This document shows, piece by piece, positions 29,126-39,360 of a DNA stretch of 64,000 nt. The stretch is from Candidatus Bathyarchaeota archaeon (lineage in GTDB: Archaea; Thermoproteota; Bathyarchaeia; Bathyarchaeales; Bathycorpusculaceae). The translations under genes and the position numbers were made by a program. The DNA is taken from NCBI GenBank assembly GCA_963733095.1, contig CAVTBV010000007.1:64001-128000 (forward strand), in the 5' to 3' direction. Each line of letters begins with the position of its first letter. Position 1 is the stretch's first letter. The notes below the pieces were generated by a model that saw nothing but the letters and a program-made list of their open reading frames with translations, was not told where the DNA came from and searched no databases.

Positions 29126-32100
29126 TTATTGATTTTTCTTGCTTCGGATTTGGTTATCAACGTGCCTCTTTATTGTGTCTTTTTCATAGCTTAACCTGAG
29201 GCGCATAATTTTTCCTCCTCGCCCTCTTTCTCCTGTGAAGAACCTTACCTCGACCAACCCTCGTCGTTCCAGTTCAACTATCGCTCGACCTCTATGGTTC
29301 TTAAAACCGTAGAGGCTTGATTGAGGTATCTTCTGGTTGGTACTGATTTCAATGAGTGATCTCCATCCTGCTTTCTCTGCTGCTAATCTGTGTTGCATAT
29401 AATCTTTGATGAACTCCTTTGTTAGGTAATTGAACACTTTTTCCGCAACTTCGGAGGTAAATTGAAAGTGCCCTTCTCTTGGTTCTTGATTAATGAATTC
29501 AGCAGCAGATTTCTCTTTTAAATTATTAAGATCAGATTCTTTAGGTTCCCCTTCTTTGTTTGAGGTCTGAACGGTAATGTTGATTGGCGTTTCGCACATT
29601 TTGGTGTTCCCTTGTTCGTCTTTGTACTTAACGATAGAAGTGATGGTAAATTGTCCGGTTTTTTTGGCCTGCATCGCAAAGTCGACTGTGATTACGCTGA
29701 ATGGTTGAAGCTCAGTTTCCTGCAGCAATAATGTTGTTTTATTTAGTTTTGAGGTATGCGATTGTTCGAGCACATCAATCTCTGAAGGCACAATACTGCA
29801 CATTTCTATTGAAAAAGCTCCCCTCGAGACATTGATTATGTCCAACCTGCCATGGAATGTTTCGCCCGCAATGACTTTTATGGGTGTTATAAAATATGCC
29901 TTGACATTTGGCTTGGCAAACTTTTGGTCCCATTCTGAATTTGTTTGTGTTATTTTTTCTCTAATTGTGTTTGCGTTACTTTTGTCGCCGCTTTTTTCTA
30001 GCACCCATGCGTAATCAGATAGTAGGAGATTGAGTAATCGTGGATTCGAGAATTTCCTGTGAAATATGGTGATATATTTTTCAAGTTGTTCTGAGGCTTG
30101 TTTGAATTTGCCTAGTCCAGCAAGCAAAACGGCTTGAGCTAGGGCGTAGTAGAATATCAATATTGTCTCGCGGTTGGTTTCTGTTGGTGTAAATATTGTT
30201 TTTAGTTTGGCGTCATATTCCAATGCTTTGGCTGTTTTTCCCAGTTTTACGAATTGTTTTACCAGATTCGAGTATACCATTGCAAGGAATAGGGGTGAGT
30301 TGGCTTTGTTGGAGTATTCGATAGCTGTGAAGTTTTTTTCTGTCGCGCCTTTTAAATCACCTGTTGCACTGAGTAGCAGGGATAAAAAGCAATTTGCCTT
30401 TGCTAGGATGATGTGATTGCCCATCCTTGTTTCTTGCTCGATTGTGGAGACTTTTTCCAGCATTCTTTGTGCTTCAGGGTAGAGTCCGCAGTAGATGAAT
30501 ACTTTTCCAGCCTGATTGTAGGCTTCCATCATTGAACGTAAATCGCCTAATCCATTGTATATTGCGAGTGAGCGCAAACAGTAGGCTATTGCTTTTTCCA
30601 CCTCTCCTTGTCCTGAGGCGAAATCGGCGACTACGAACAATAACCATGCTGTGTCGGAGAGGGCGTATTCTTCTTCAAAGATTCTTAGGGATTCTTCGCA
30701 TAGTTTTATCGCTTCTGGGATTTGGCCATATAGGTTTGTCTCCACGACTCCTTTGTAGTGAAGGATTCGGGCTTTTTCAATTTGGTTTAGGTTTTCTTCG
30801 TTTTCTTCCTTCTTTATCAGGTTTTCAATTTCGTGTGTGTCTCCTTGGAAAAAGGCGGCGCGCATGGCTTTGATTAAGGCTTGTTGGCGAATAGGTCGGG
30901 TGCTGATTTCAGCTAAGGTCTTGTATGTTTTTATTGCATCTTTGAAAGCGTTATTTGCGTAGAAGGCCTCACCTAGTCCTTCTAAGACTTTCTTTCTTGT
31001 TTCTAAGTTCTCTGGTGTATCGTTGATTGTTTGGAGGGCCCAGGTAAAAAGCTGTATGGCTTCAGTGTTGCTGTATCTTGCTAAGGCATCTTTGCCTGCC
31101 AGGATGCTGTATTCTATTGCTTTTGGGTTATTTCCGGCTTGAGTGTAATGGAAGGCTAGTTGATTTACGGAGAAACCCGAATCTTGTTTGTTTTCCATTT
31201 GTTGCCCGATTCTTTGGTGATAGGCTATTTTTAGTGGCTTTGAGATTTCTTGGTAGAGAACTTCCCTTGTCATGGCATGATCAAAAGTGTAGACGTTGTC
31301 TTCTAGTCGTAATAGGAACGTGGTATGGAACATTTTGTTTAGTGTTTCAAGAACGATCAGGCTGTCAATTGAGAGGACAGAGGCAATTAGGTTGCCGTCA
31401 AATTTGTCTCCTATGACTGCAGCTACGTCAAGGATTCTTCTTTCTTCAGGTTTTAGGGGTTCTAGTCTTCGGAGGATTATTTCTCTAACTCTGTAAGGGA
31501 TTCCTATCTTGTTTTTTAGCTGCCATGTTTTTTGTTTTCTGACGAGGCCTCCGTTTTCTGATAGCATGCGGATGGTCTCTACGACAAAGAGGGGATTGCC
31601 ATGGCTTTCGTCTGATATGCTCTGTATTAAGGCTGGATCAAGGAAGCCTCCGAGCATGCTTTTGGCAATCTTTCCTATGTTTGTTTTATTTAGGTTTGCT
31701 AGTTTGATTTCTTTGAACAATGCTTCTCGACCCATTAGATGCAATGTACTGGCAAGTGGTCGGGAGCCTTCTCCGCTAGTTAATTCTTCGTTTCTGAATG
31801 TTCCCACTATCATTATTCGTTCTGAGCCCATGGCGCGGGACATGTAGTGAAGAAGGGCTAAGGATGCGGTGTCTGCCCAATGTAGGTCTTCTAGTATCAA
31901 CACCAACGGTTTTGATGCGGACAGGAAAAGTAGTTCTTTAGTGACTGTTAAAAAAGTTCGGTCTTTCCAAACGAGCGTTGGTTCATGGGTTGGTCCGTCG
32001 TTTTGTGGTGGGGAGCGTTCGGTTAGGTAAGAGGCCATTTTTGATACGGTATAAGAAAGGTTGCCGTTAGCTGTATTTTCTTGATCGGGTGATAGAAAGG

Positions 32101-32359
32101 AGTTGAAAGCTTCTACGAATGGGAAATAGGGAACATTGCTGCTGCTTAGGCACCAGCCTAAAAGAATGCTGACATTTTTGTCCTTGGCTATGTTGAGGAA
32201 TTCATTGACCAATCTTGTTTTCCCGCTTCCAGCCACGCCTGAAACCAGGACTGTTGATCCTTTTCCTTGAAGCATGGAATATAGGTGCTTTTGTAAATCA
32301 TCCAATTCGGTTTTTCTGCCAACAAAGATTGGCTCACCCAACACGAGGGATTGTTGCAT
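29126..32359 (-). CDS. STAND-type AAA ATPase-TPR protein with Ig-like and C-terminal wHTH domains
   Basis: FVGR, GVAGSGKT, LEDLHWAD, GNPLF, TPR helices, C-terminal ELERRGLVE..GERGRGG. Confidence 0.85.
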   Translation of the reverse strand: MQQSLVLGEPIFVGRKTELDDLQKHLYSMLQGKGSTVLVSGVAGSGKTRLVNEFLNIAKDKNVSILLGWCLSSSNVPYFPFVEAFNSFLSPDQENTANGNLSYTVSKMASYLTERSPPQNDGPTHEPTLVWKDRTFLTVTKELLFLSASKPLVLILEDLHWADTASLALLHYMSRAMGSERIMIVGTFRNEELTSGEGSRPLASTLHLMGREALFKEIKLANLNKTNIGKIAKSMLGGFLDPALIQSISDESHGNPLFVVETIRMLSENGGLVRKQKTWQLKNKIGIPYRVREIILRRLEPLKPEERRILDVAAVIGDKFDGNLIASVLSIDSLIVLETLNKMFHTTFLLRLEDNVYTFDHAMTREVLYQEISKPLKIAYHQRIGQQMENKQDSGFSVNQLAFHYTQAGNNPKAIEYSILAGKDALARYSNTEAIQLFTWALQTINDTPENLETRKKVLEGLGEAFYANNAFKDAIKTYKTLAEISTRPIRQQALIKAMRAAFFQGDTHEIENLIKKEENEENLNQIEKARILHYKGVVETNLYGQIPEAIKLCEESLRIFEEEYALSDTAWLLFVVADFASGQGEVEKAIAYCLRSLAIYNGLGDLRSMMEAYNQAGKVFIYCGLYPEAQRMLEKVSTIEQETRMGNHIILAKANCFLSLLLSATGDLKGATEKNFTAIEYSNKANSPLFLAMVYSNLVKQFVKLGKTAKALEYDAKLKTIFTPTETNRETILIFYYALAQAVLLAGLGKFKQASEQLEKYITIFHRKFSNPRLLNLLLSDYAWVLEKSGDKSNANTIREKITQTNSEWDQKFAKPNVKAYFITPIKVIAGETFHGRLDIINVSRGAFSIEMCSIVPSEIDVLEQSHTSKLNKTTLLLQETELQPFSVITVDFAMQAKKTGQFTITSIVKYKDEQGNTKMCETPINITVQTSNKEGEPKESDLNNLKEKSAAEFINQEPREGHFQFTSEVAEKVFNYLTKEFIKDYMQHRLAAEKAGWRSLIEISTNQKIPQSSLYGFKNHRGRAIVELERRGLVEVRFFTGERGRGGKIMRLRLSYEKDTIKRHVDNQIRSKKNQ

Positions 32360-32484
32360 TGGTTCCCGCTCTATAGGGTTTATTTATCTCGTTGATCCTT
32401 AAAAATTGTTCTTTTGGTTTGCAACAATGGACTTGCAGAAGTTAGCATTAGGAAAATCTTAAAAACAATCTTGATTCATACCTT

Positions 32485-33762
32485 TTGAATTGTGAAGTAG
32501 TTTTGCAAAAAAAAGATGCGAAGAAGTCTGGAAAGCTCTTTGTTCCTGCGCTTATTATTTCGTTTTTTGCAGTAACCCTTTCGGTTCCCATGCTATCGTT
32601 ATTGACTGTTGATATATCTCAGACCTTTTTTGGAAATACTGGGGCCATTGCAGTAGGGCAGGTTGCGCAGGTGAGTACTATCAATAAGTTGTTCGAAGTG
32701 TTATTTGCGTTGGTTATGGGTGCCCTTACTATTCGTTTTAAAAGTAAACCCCTTTTGCTTATGGGCGTAATGTTTCTGTTCGTGTCTGCAATCGGTAGTT
32801 TTTTTGCGCCCGACATTTTTTGGCTGCAGTTTTTCTATGCAATAGAGGGAGGTGGAAGTGTCATTGTTGCAATAATGGCGTTTACATTGATTGGGGACTG
32901 GTTATCCTCGAAGGAAAAGCCAAAAGCGGTTAGCTACCTCAATGCGGCGGGTTTTGGAGCAATCCTGATTGCGTCTCCTATAATAAGTGTGATTACTAAC
33001 ATCGGTGGTTGGAGACTGAATTATGTTTGGTTTGTATTGCCGCTTTCCTTAGCTGGCTTAGTGCTCGCATACATAGGGCTTCCTGGGAGGCAAGTTGCTT
33101 TAGTCGGACCAAAACCTAAACAGTCTTTTTATAAAGGTTACAAGGAGGTCCTTAAGAATAAATCGGCAGTCTCTTGTTTAATTGCAGGTTTGTGCGGTAC
33201 GGCAGGTAATCTTGCAGTTTTTAGTATAGCATATTATAGACAACAATTCTTAAGTAATAGCTCAGTTGTGGATCAGGTTAATTTTAGTACCGTTATATTA
33301 ATGGTTGCAGCGACGTTGTTTATAGTCGCAACTATAGTTATGGGCCGTCTCCTGAGCAAAATAAACGCTGTTACCGCAACGGTGATTGGTATTGTTGGAA
33401 ACGGCGTATTTACGGCGTTATTCTTCTCGATGCAGGCTTTATCCTTAGCAATTACCATGCATATGCTCCAGATTTGGTTTTTTGCCATGGCGGTGACCCC
33501 TTGGAGTCTTTTGGCGCTTGATCAAGTTCCAGCTTTTAGAGGGACCATGATGTCGCTAAGATCTATTGTTCTAAGTATAGGTTCGGCTATTGCTACTGGT
33601 GCAGGCGGTTTAGCACTTATTTTTCTGAACTCATATGAAATCCTCGGCATTATCTTGGGAGTAATAATTCTGCTGGGAAGTCCACTCATTTACTTTTTCA
33701 CTAAGGACCCAAGTGAAAGCAATAACCAATCGATGGCGTTAAATTACTCCAACGAGCTCTAA
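32485..33762 (+). CDS. MFS transporter
   Basis: About 12 TM helices; P.FRGTMMSL motif. Confidence 0.85.
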   Translation: MNCEVVLQKKDAKKSGKLFVPALIISFFAVTLSVPMLSLLTVDISQTFFGNTGAIAVGQVAQVSTINKLFEVLFALVMGALTIRFKSKPLLLMGVMFLFVSAIGSFFAPDIFWLQFFYAIEGGGSVIVAIMAFTLIGDWLSSKEKPKAVSYLNAAGFGAILIASPIISVITNIGGWRLNYVWFVLPLSLAGLVLAYIGLPGRQVALVGPKPKQSFYKGYKEVLKNKSAVSCLIAGLCGTAGNLAVFSIAYYRQQFLSNSSVVDQVNFSTVILMVAATLFIVATIVMGRLLSKINAVTATVIGIVGNGVFTALFFSMQALSLAITMHMLQIWFFAMAVTPWSLLALDQVPAFRGTMMSLRSIVLSIGSAIATGAGGLALIFLNSYEILGIILGVIILLGSPLIYFFTKDPSESNNQSMALNYSNEL

Positions 33763-34095
33763 TTTATTAGACACCGATATAAACCAAGAACCCAAAATAT
33801 GCAATGAAAGCAAAAATACGCTTTAACGCGGCTGGTTTCCAAAAAATTAGAAGTAAGGATTTATTGCAGGGTATTGCGGCTATTTCCATCCTTCAACATG
33901 TAAGGGCAGAAATAATGGTCAAGGCTAAACTCGGGGCTGTTGAGAGTACAACGCATCCTAAACCTGCTACCACACTAAAAGGAAAGTAGCGGGATAAATG
34001 TTCCTCCGGAGGGCATACCCCGTCGAACCCCCATTTTTTGACTTATTTTTGTTTTTCTTTTACCATTAGCTAAGCAGTCCTTTGTGTGGACCACA

Positions 34096-34317
34096 AGAAG
34101 AACAATCAAAACTTACCAATGCACTGAAACAAAAACCTCATGGATGTTATCTGTGCATGAAGAGTTCTTTTTTCCAGTGAACGTAGCCGTAGAAGGAGGC
34201 AGAACCGTAGATGAAGTAATGTGGCATAACCGAGGCGTTTCTAAGTGTGAATGCTGTTTTGGTTGCTGTATAGAAGATCCGTATGGTTCTTTGGAGTTGT
34301 TTGTTTGGTGTGGATTT
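34096..34317. repeat. Repeat A, copy 3
   Basis: Match to 292-512. Confidence 0.9.
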
Positions 34318-34363
34318 TGTCAAGTTGATGTAGCGGAGGCCTGTGGTGTTCCATTTCTGTTTT

Positions 34364-34648
34364 TTCTTAATATTGATAGGTAACTTCAGATTTTGTTTTT
34401 ACAGTTTACTAAATTGTTTCATCATAAAGCAACCATTTTAGCGGTCTTTGGGGTGAATTAGGGCGTGTTTTGGGGTTAATCTTGAAATATGCCTTAATAT
34501 CTGCTTCATATAATGGAATGGTTGAGGCTGCGAAAGGCTCCGACAACCAGTAAAATAGGGTTTTGCATTTTCCCCTATCTCCTTCCTCAAGTGGTTTAGA
34601 GCCTAAGCAGCCCCCTCTTAAATAAATAATAAACCTTTAAACTCATAT
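34364..34648 (+). ncRNA. Repeat B copy 3, diverged (core 34524-34615)
   Basis: All stems retained; inner stem changed to ATAGGG/CCCTAT. Confidence 0.5.
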
Positions 34649-34663
34649 TGGGAGCTTACAATT

Positions 34664-35020
34664 ATGAAGGGAACAGCTTTGCTATTTCGACATAAAGATA
34701 AACCTCAAATGGAATTCAAAGTGGACTTGGGCGACTTGCAAAATGAAAAAGAAAACCTAACTAGTTTTCTGCAGTTGCACCTTAAAGTTTCCGTTTCCCA
34801 AGTTGAAGATAAGTTGAGTGTGGAGTCTGAAGTGGTTTCTTTGCAGGAACTTGAGCATGTGGTTAACAAGTTTGTTTACCATCGGGACTTAAACAGGACT
34901 CATTGGGTCTCCGTTGAGGGCACAACCGTGAAAATCAACAAGTTTAAGGTCACCGAGAAAGAGAAGAAACCCGAGAGAGAGCCGCCCCATCAAACTGCTG
35001 CGCAGAGCTGGGGACTGTAA
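34664..35020 (+). CDS. Ribosomal protein eL22-like protein (start may be 34709)
   Basis: FKVD..LTSFLQ.HLKV..KLSVESE..L..VVNKF....L...WV pattern resembles eL22; TTTAAA box ~22 nt before ATG. Confidence 0.45.
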   Translation: MKGTALLFRHKDKPQMEFKVDLGDLQNEKENLTSFLQLHLKVSVSQVEDKLSVESEVVSLQELEHVVNKFVYHRDLNRTHWVSVEGTTVKINKFKVTEKEKKPEREPPHQTAAQSWGL

Positions 35021-35275
35021 AAAGCAGTTCTTTAAGGTTATAGAGGCGTCTCCAAACCATTTGCTATGCTTAAAAGTTTCAATAAGCTGGCGCGCTGCTT
35101 GTTTGGGCTTCCTGGTTGGTGTGGGATAATTTGTGTTGGGTTACTGCGTGCGCAAAGACAGTTAGTTTGGCTGTGTGTTTTAGATAATGGTTTTGTTGGA
35201 GATGGTTAGGTTTTATAAGGTGTTAGAAGTCAGAAGGGTGTATTGAGAATTATGAATTTATGTGCGGTTGGTTAA

Positions 35276-35917
35276 ATGAAGGTTTTGGCAGTTAATGGTA
35301 GTCCCAGAAAAACTTGGAATACGGCAAAATTGTTAAGTGAAGCTTTGGAAGGTGCTGCTTCAGTTGGGGCAGAAACAGAACTGGTTCACCTCTATGATCT
35401 TAACTTTAAAGGCTGCGCAAGTTATTTTGATTGCAAGCTAAAAAACGGAAAATCATATGGACGCTGCTCTATTGAAGATGACTTATCACCAGTTCTAGAT
35501 AAAATACCTGCAATCGACGCTTTGATATTAGGCTCACCAATATACCTTGGCACGATAACTGGCGAGCTGAAAATGTTTCTGGAACGGTTAACATTTCCGT
35601 ATTTAGTTTATGATGCTGTGCGTTCTTCGTTATTTCCCAAAAAGCTGCCTGTCGGCTTCATATATACTATGGGTGCACCTGAACAGTTTATTAAAAATAT
35701 GGGGATAGATCAGCATGTTAAACTAAATGAGAATTTACTGGCTCAAAGATTTGGCTCGGTCGAGTCACTGCTCGTTACAGACACATATCAGTTTGATGAT
35801 TATTCCAAGTATGTTCAAGCATTTAACGTAGAAGAAAAAACCCGTAGACACAAAGATATCTTCCCAATCGACTGCAAAAAAGCCTTCGAAATGGGCGCAA
35901 GACTCGCAAAACTCTAA
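35276..35917 (+). CDS. Iron-sulfur flavoprotein-like / NADPH-dependent FMN reductase
   Basis: NGSPRKTWNT, GSPIYLG, FLER. Confidence 0.85.
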   Translation: MKVLAVNGSPRKTWNTAKLLSEALEGAASVGAETELVHLYDLNFKGCASYFDCKLKNGKSYGRCSIEDDLSPVLDKIPAIDALILGSPIYLGTITGELKMFLERLTFPYLVYDAVRSSLFPKKLPVGFIYTMGAPEQFIKNMGIDQHVKLNENLLAQRFGSVESLLVTDTYQFDDYSKYVQAFNVEEKTRRHKDIFPIDCKKAFEMGARLAKL

Positions 35918-35991
35918 AGGACAAAAAACAGCGCGCGTCACGCTAAATATGGTAAACGTTTCTTGAGAAACTGGGCTTCTTTTCTTAAATA

Positions 35992-36010
35992 GCTGGTCCG
36001 GAGGGATTTG
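35992..36010 (-). other. Possible degenerate tRNA 3'-end fragment
   Basis: Minus strand CAAATCCCTCCGGACCAGC. Confidence 0.3.
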
Positions 36011-36129
36011 CCCCTAAAAGGGGGTCGGAACCGTTGCTTTGAAAACTTAATTTTTCAGATTTTAGTTTTTCTTGGCGCAGCGAAACCTATATTGAGTTTT
36101 ATGAGATAGGCTTTAGAGGTGAATAAACA

Positions 36130-37113
36130 ATGACGTCATTGAGGTCATTAGCCCCCTCATTAACAAGAATCACCACTGCCGCAGCTGTTGGCGCAGCCCT
36201 CCATATCGGTAAAGGTGACGCTGACAAAGTAGACCAAACAGCACTCGATTTTTCCAGAGCAGCCCTAAACCAGACAGAAGTCGACGGCGAAGTAATCTGC
36301 TGCGAAGGACCCAAAGACAATGCACCAGCGTTTAGATGCAAAGAAAAAGTCGGTACAGGTAATGGACCCAAAGTGGAGTTTGTTATAGACCAAGTTGATG
36401 GCACAACAGCTACATCTAAGGGGAAGAAAGACGCCATATCAATTTTGGCATGTGCTCCAGTGGGATGCCTGCAAGTTCTTCCCGACGATGGTTACTACTT
36501 CAAGATAGCAACCTGCGGCAAATCAAAAGGGAAAATCTCTGCCGATATGTCTATTGAAGAAATCGTACAGACTGTAGTTTCTCAAAAGAACATGCAGCTT
36601 TCAAACTTCACAGTTATCATGCTTGAACGTGAAAGGCACGATGACTTACTTGCAAGATTACGCAAGATGGGTGTTAGAATTCACCTTATTAATGACGGCG
36701 ACGTTGCAGGGGCACTCCTCACATGTCTACCTGACTCGGGTGTGGATTTGCTTATAGGCGCTGGTGCAGGTGCAGAAGCAACGATTGCTGCTACAGCCAT
36801 AAAATGCTTAGGTGGAACCATGCTAACTAAGGTTTGGCATGACAAGAAAGATGATGCAGGCAGAATGGATCGATTAAAAGCTGCAGGCGTAGACATAGAG
36901 AAAACCTACACGGAAAACGAGTTGGCGAAAGGTAATGAGCTCATCTTTGCAGCGTCAGGCATCACTAAAGGTGAATTGCTTGATGGCGTACGGTTTACTC
37001 GGTTAGGCGCCATTGTGAACTCCATCTGTACGAGGTTTCCAAGCGGCACGGTCGAGCGTTCAGAAACCATTTTGAAGTACAGTGGTCACCCAATCTACAG
37101 TCAAATAACCTAG
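36130..37113 (+). CDS. glpX: Class II fructose-1,6-bisphosphatase
   Basis: GKGDADKVD, EGPKDNAP, ERERH, DGDVAGA, FAASGITKGELLDGVRF. Confidence 0.88.
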   Translation: MTSLRSLAPSLTRITTAAAVGAALHIGKGDADKVDQTALDFSRAALNQTEVDGEVICCEGPKDNAPAFRCKEKVGTGNGPKVEFVIDQVDGTTATSKGKKDAISILACAPVGCLQVLPDDGYYFKIATCGKSKGKISADMSIEEIVQTVVSQKNMQLSNFTVIMLERERHDDLLARLRKMGVRIHLINDGDVAGALLTCLPDSGVDLLIGAGAGAEATIAATAIKCLGGTMLTKVWHDKKDDAGRMDRLKAAGVDIEKTYTENELAKGNELIFAASGITKGELLDGVRFTRLGAIVNSICTRFPSGTVERSETILKYSGHPIYSQIT

Positions 37114-37252
37114 CCACTCTATTTAGTGCTATAAACACCGCCAAATTTTTTGTAGTTAGGCGTTTTGCCCCAAATAGCTTTTGCCGCTTCAGTAAGTTCT
37201 GCTGGGTAGTTTCCAAAAACTTGTGCAATTGGACTAATTACTCTCTCAACAA

Positions 37253-37430
37253 ATGAAAGTTCATGAGTGTACCCTCAGGGCAAGCGCGCACATGCTTAAA
37301 CTCGGCGAAAAAATTGGGCTTCCAATGCCCATCAACCGAGCAGTCTACGAATTAGCCAAAGAACGGTTTGGACCGAACTTTCAACCGATGACTAAAAAAG
37401 AACGCTATCTCCAATCCAAGAAGGAATTAA
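37253..37430 (+). pseudogene. Possible C-terminal remnant of ketopantoate reductase-like gene
   Basis: MLKLGEKIGLPMPINRAVYEL resembles the ApbA C-terminal helix motif. Confidence 0.3.
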
Positions 37431-37596
37431 ATGTGATTTTTCGAGCTGAACTATCTCTATCGTTTTCTCATTTCGGTTGCAAATTAGCCATGAGACTCAG
37501 TCCGACTGAGGCTCTATTAAAGACTTTTCTTGAATCTTGAATTCCTCTTTGAAAATTGTCTCTTTAGATAGGTTGTTTTTTGAATAGATCACGGTT

Positions 37597-37912
37597 TCAG
37601 CTTAATTTTCTTGAAATGTCGGCGTACAAGAAGTAAGTTGCGGCGATGGCTATTGACACTATAGTGTAGGCAAGTAAGATTTCTATTGATAGGCTAAGTG
37701 TGGGAACGGTTGTTGTGGGGTTGAGGTTCAAAATTGTGGATACGCTTGAGGGCAGTTTTGGCAGGGCATACTGGCTTGGCAGGCTGCTTGCTGGGCTTGT
37801 TGGCAAGTAGGTTTGAATTGTTCTGTAGATTTGTTTATCGGTTATTCGGTAGATTAAACCCATAAACGAGCTGATTATGAAGCTGGCAAAGAAGGTTGCA
37901 GAAGAGAAAATG
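37597..37912 (-). pseudogene. 3' fragment of an ABC-2-type permease-like membrane gene
   Basis: TM..YLP..ILLAYTIVSIAIAATYFLYADIS; 5' part replaced by antisense asnB sequence. Confidence 0.45.
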
Positions 37913-37915
37913 TAA

Positions 37916-39169
37916 GCCAGGCACAATCTGGTTTTTGACCTCACAAGCAATAAAGCCAAGATATGGCAGTACTATAATGTTCCAAAGTATGAACCTGAAT
38001 ACAATTATGACAAACTCGTTAAAGAAGGTAGAGAATTACTCGAAGATGCTGTGAAGGTTCAAATGGTCGCCGATGTGCCCGTGGGCGCTTTCTTAAGCGG
38101 TGGCTTAGACTCAACCACAACTGTGGGTGTCATGAGTCATTTTACCAATCTTAAGAACTTACATACTTTCTCTATTGGGTTTGAGGGCAAATATGACGAA
38201 ACCACCTATATCGATATTGCGAAAAATTTCTTTAAAACTATACATCATCATAAACGCTTCATTGAGGACGATTTTGAAAGACTTTTTGATTTTTACGCTT
38301 GTACTTTTGACGAGCCTTTTGGTGATTATTCAAGTTTTCCGACTTTAACCTTATCTGAGATGACCCGCAATTTCGTTACTGTAGCTTTAAGCGGTGACGG
38401 GGGCGACGAAATCTTCGGTGGCTATCCTGAACATATAAGCGGCTACAGGTTTGAGCTTATTTCAAAGATTCCCAAGACCCTACGGCTAATTTTCTCAAAG
38501 ATTCCGGCAAGAAAAAACTTGGACAGTTACTTTTCACCTTATTTGTTGAAGAATGCATTGAAGGTTTCTCTTGGTGATCGATCTGACTTTTTTGCGAATG
38601 CACTTACTGACGACTTAATGCTACCGGATATTTATAAAAAATGGACTTCCGAAAGATTAAACGACTGTTTTCAAACCGGAGTCAAAAATTTTGGTGATGT
38701 ACTTCGTTTATACGATTTAATGTTCAACACTTTGCCGGATAACTATCTTTCAAAGGTAGATAAGGCTTCGATGGCGTTTGCTTTGGAAGTGAGAAGTCCT
38801 TTTCTTGATTATAGATTTGTCGAGTTTTCGCAGCGTATACCGACAGAGTGGAAGGTTGACGCTTTTAGGTCAAAGAAACTGATGAGGGAAATTACAAAGG
38901 ATATAGTCCCGAATGAAATATTGCATAGAAGTAAAAGGGGTTTCATACCGCCTGTTCAAGAGTGGATACATGCTGCTTGTTATGAACCACATCTTCAAAA
39001 AACAAATGAATTGCTGAGAAGTTTGGATACAGCTCTTGCTAACTTTTTTGATGAAAAAGTCAATAACAGTAAAAATAAGTTGTATGGTCGCTATAAAATT
39101 AGGCTTTTCATGTTTGGTCTTTGGTATGAAAAGTGGATAAACAAACGCGATTTGCGGTTTCCTGATTGA
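37916..39169 (+). pseudogene. asnB: Asparagine synthase-like amidotransferase lacking its N-terminal glutaminase domain
   Basis: ADVPVGAFLSGGLDS, SGDGGDEIFGGY, EVRSPFLD; frame open upstream only to a TAA at 37913. Confidence 0.85.
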
Positions 39170-39360
39170 CACTAAGCGTAAACCTACCCAATTATCAACG
39201 AGAACAACTTTAAATTTGAAATATTTTGTTTCTAGCATTTAGGATACGTTTTTTTCAAATATTTTTTTCATTAAAATTCAGAATTGTTATAATTACGAAG
39301 ACACATTGAACTTTTTCCACATATCATGCTTTTACTTAAGTTCTAAATAAGTCACTGAAA

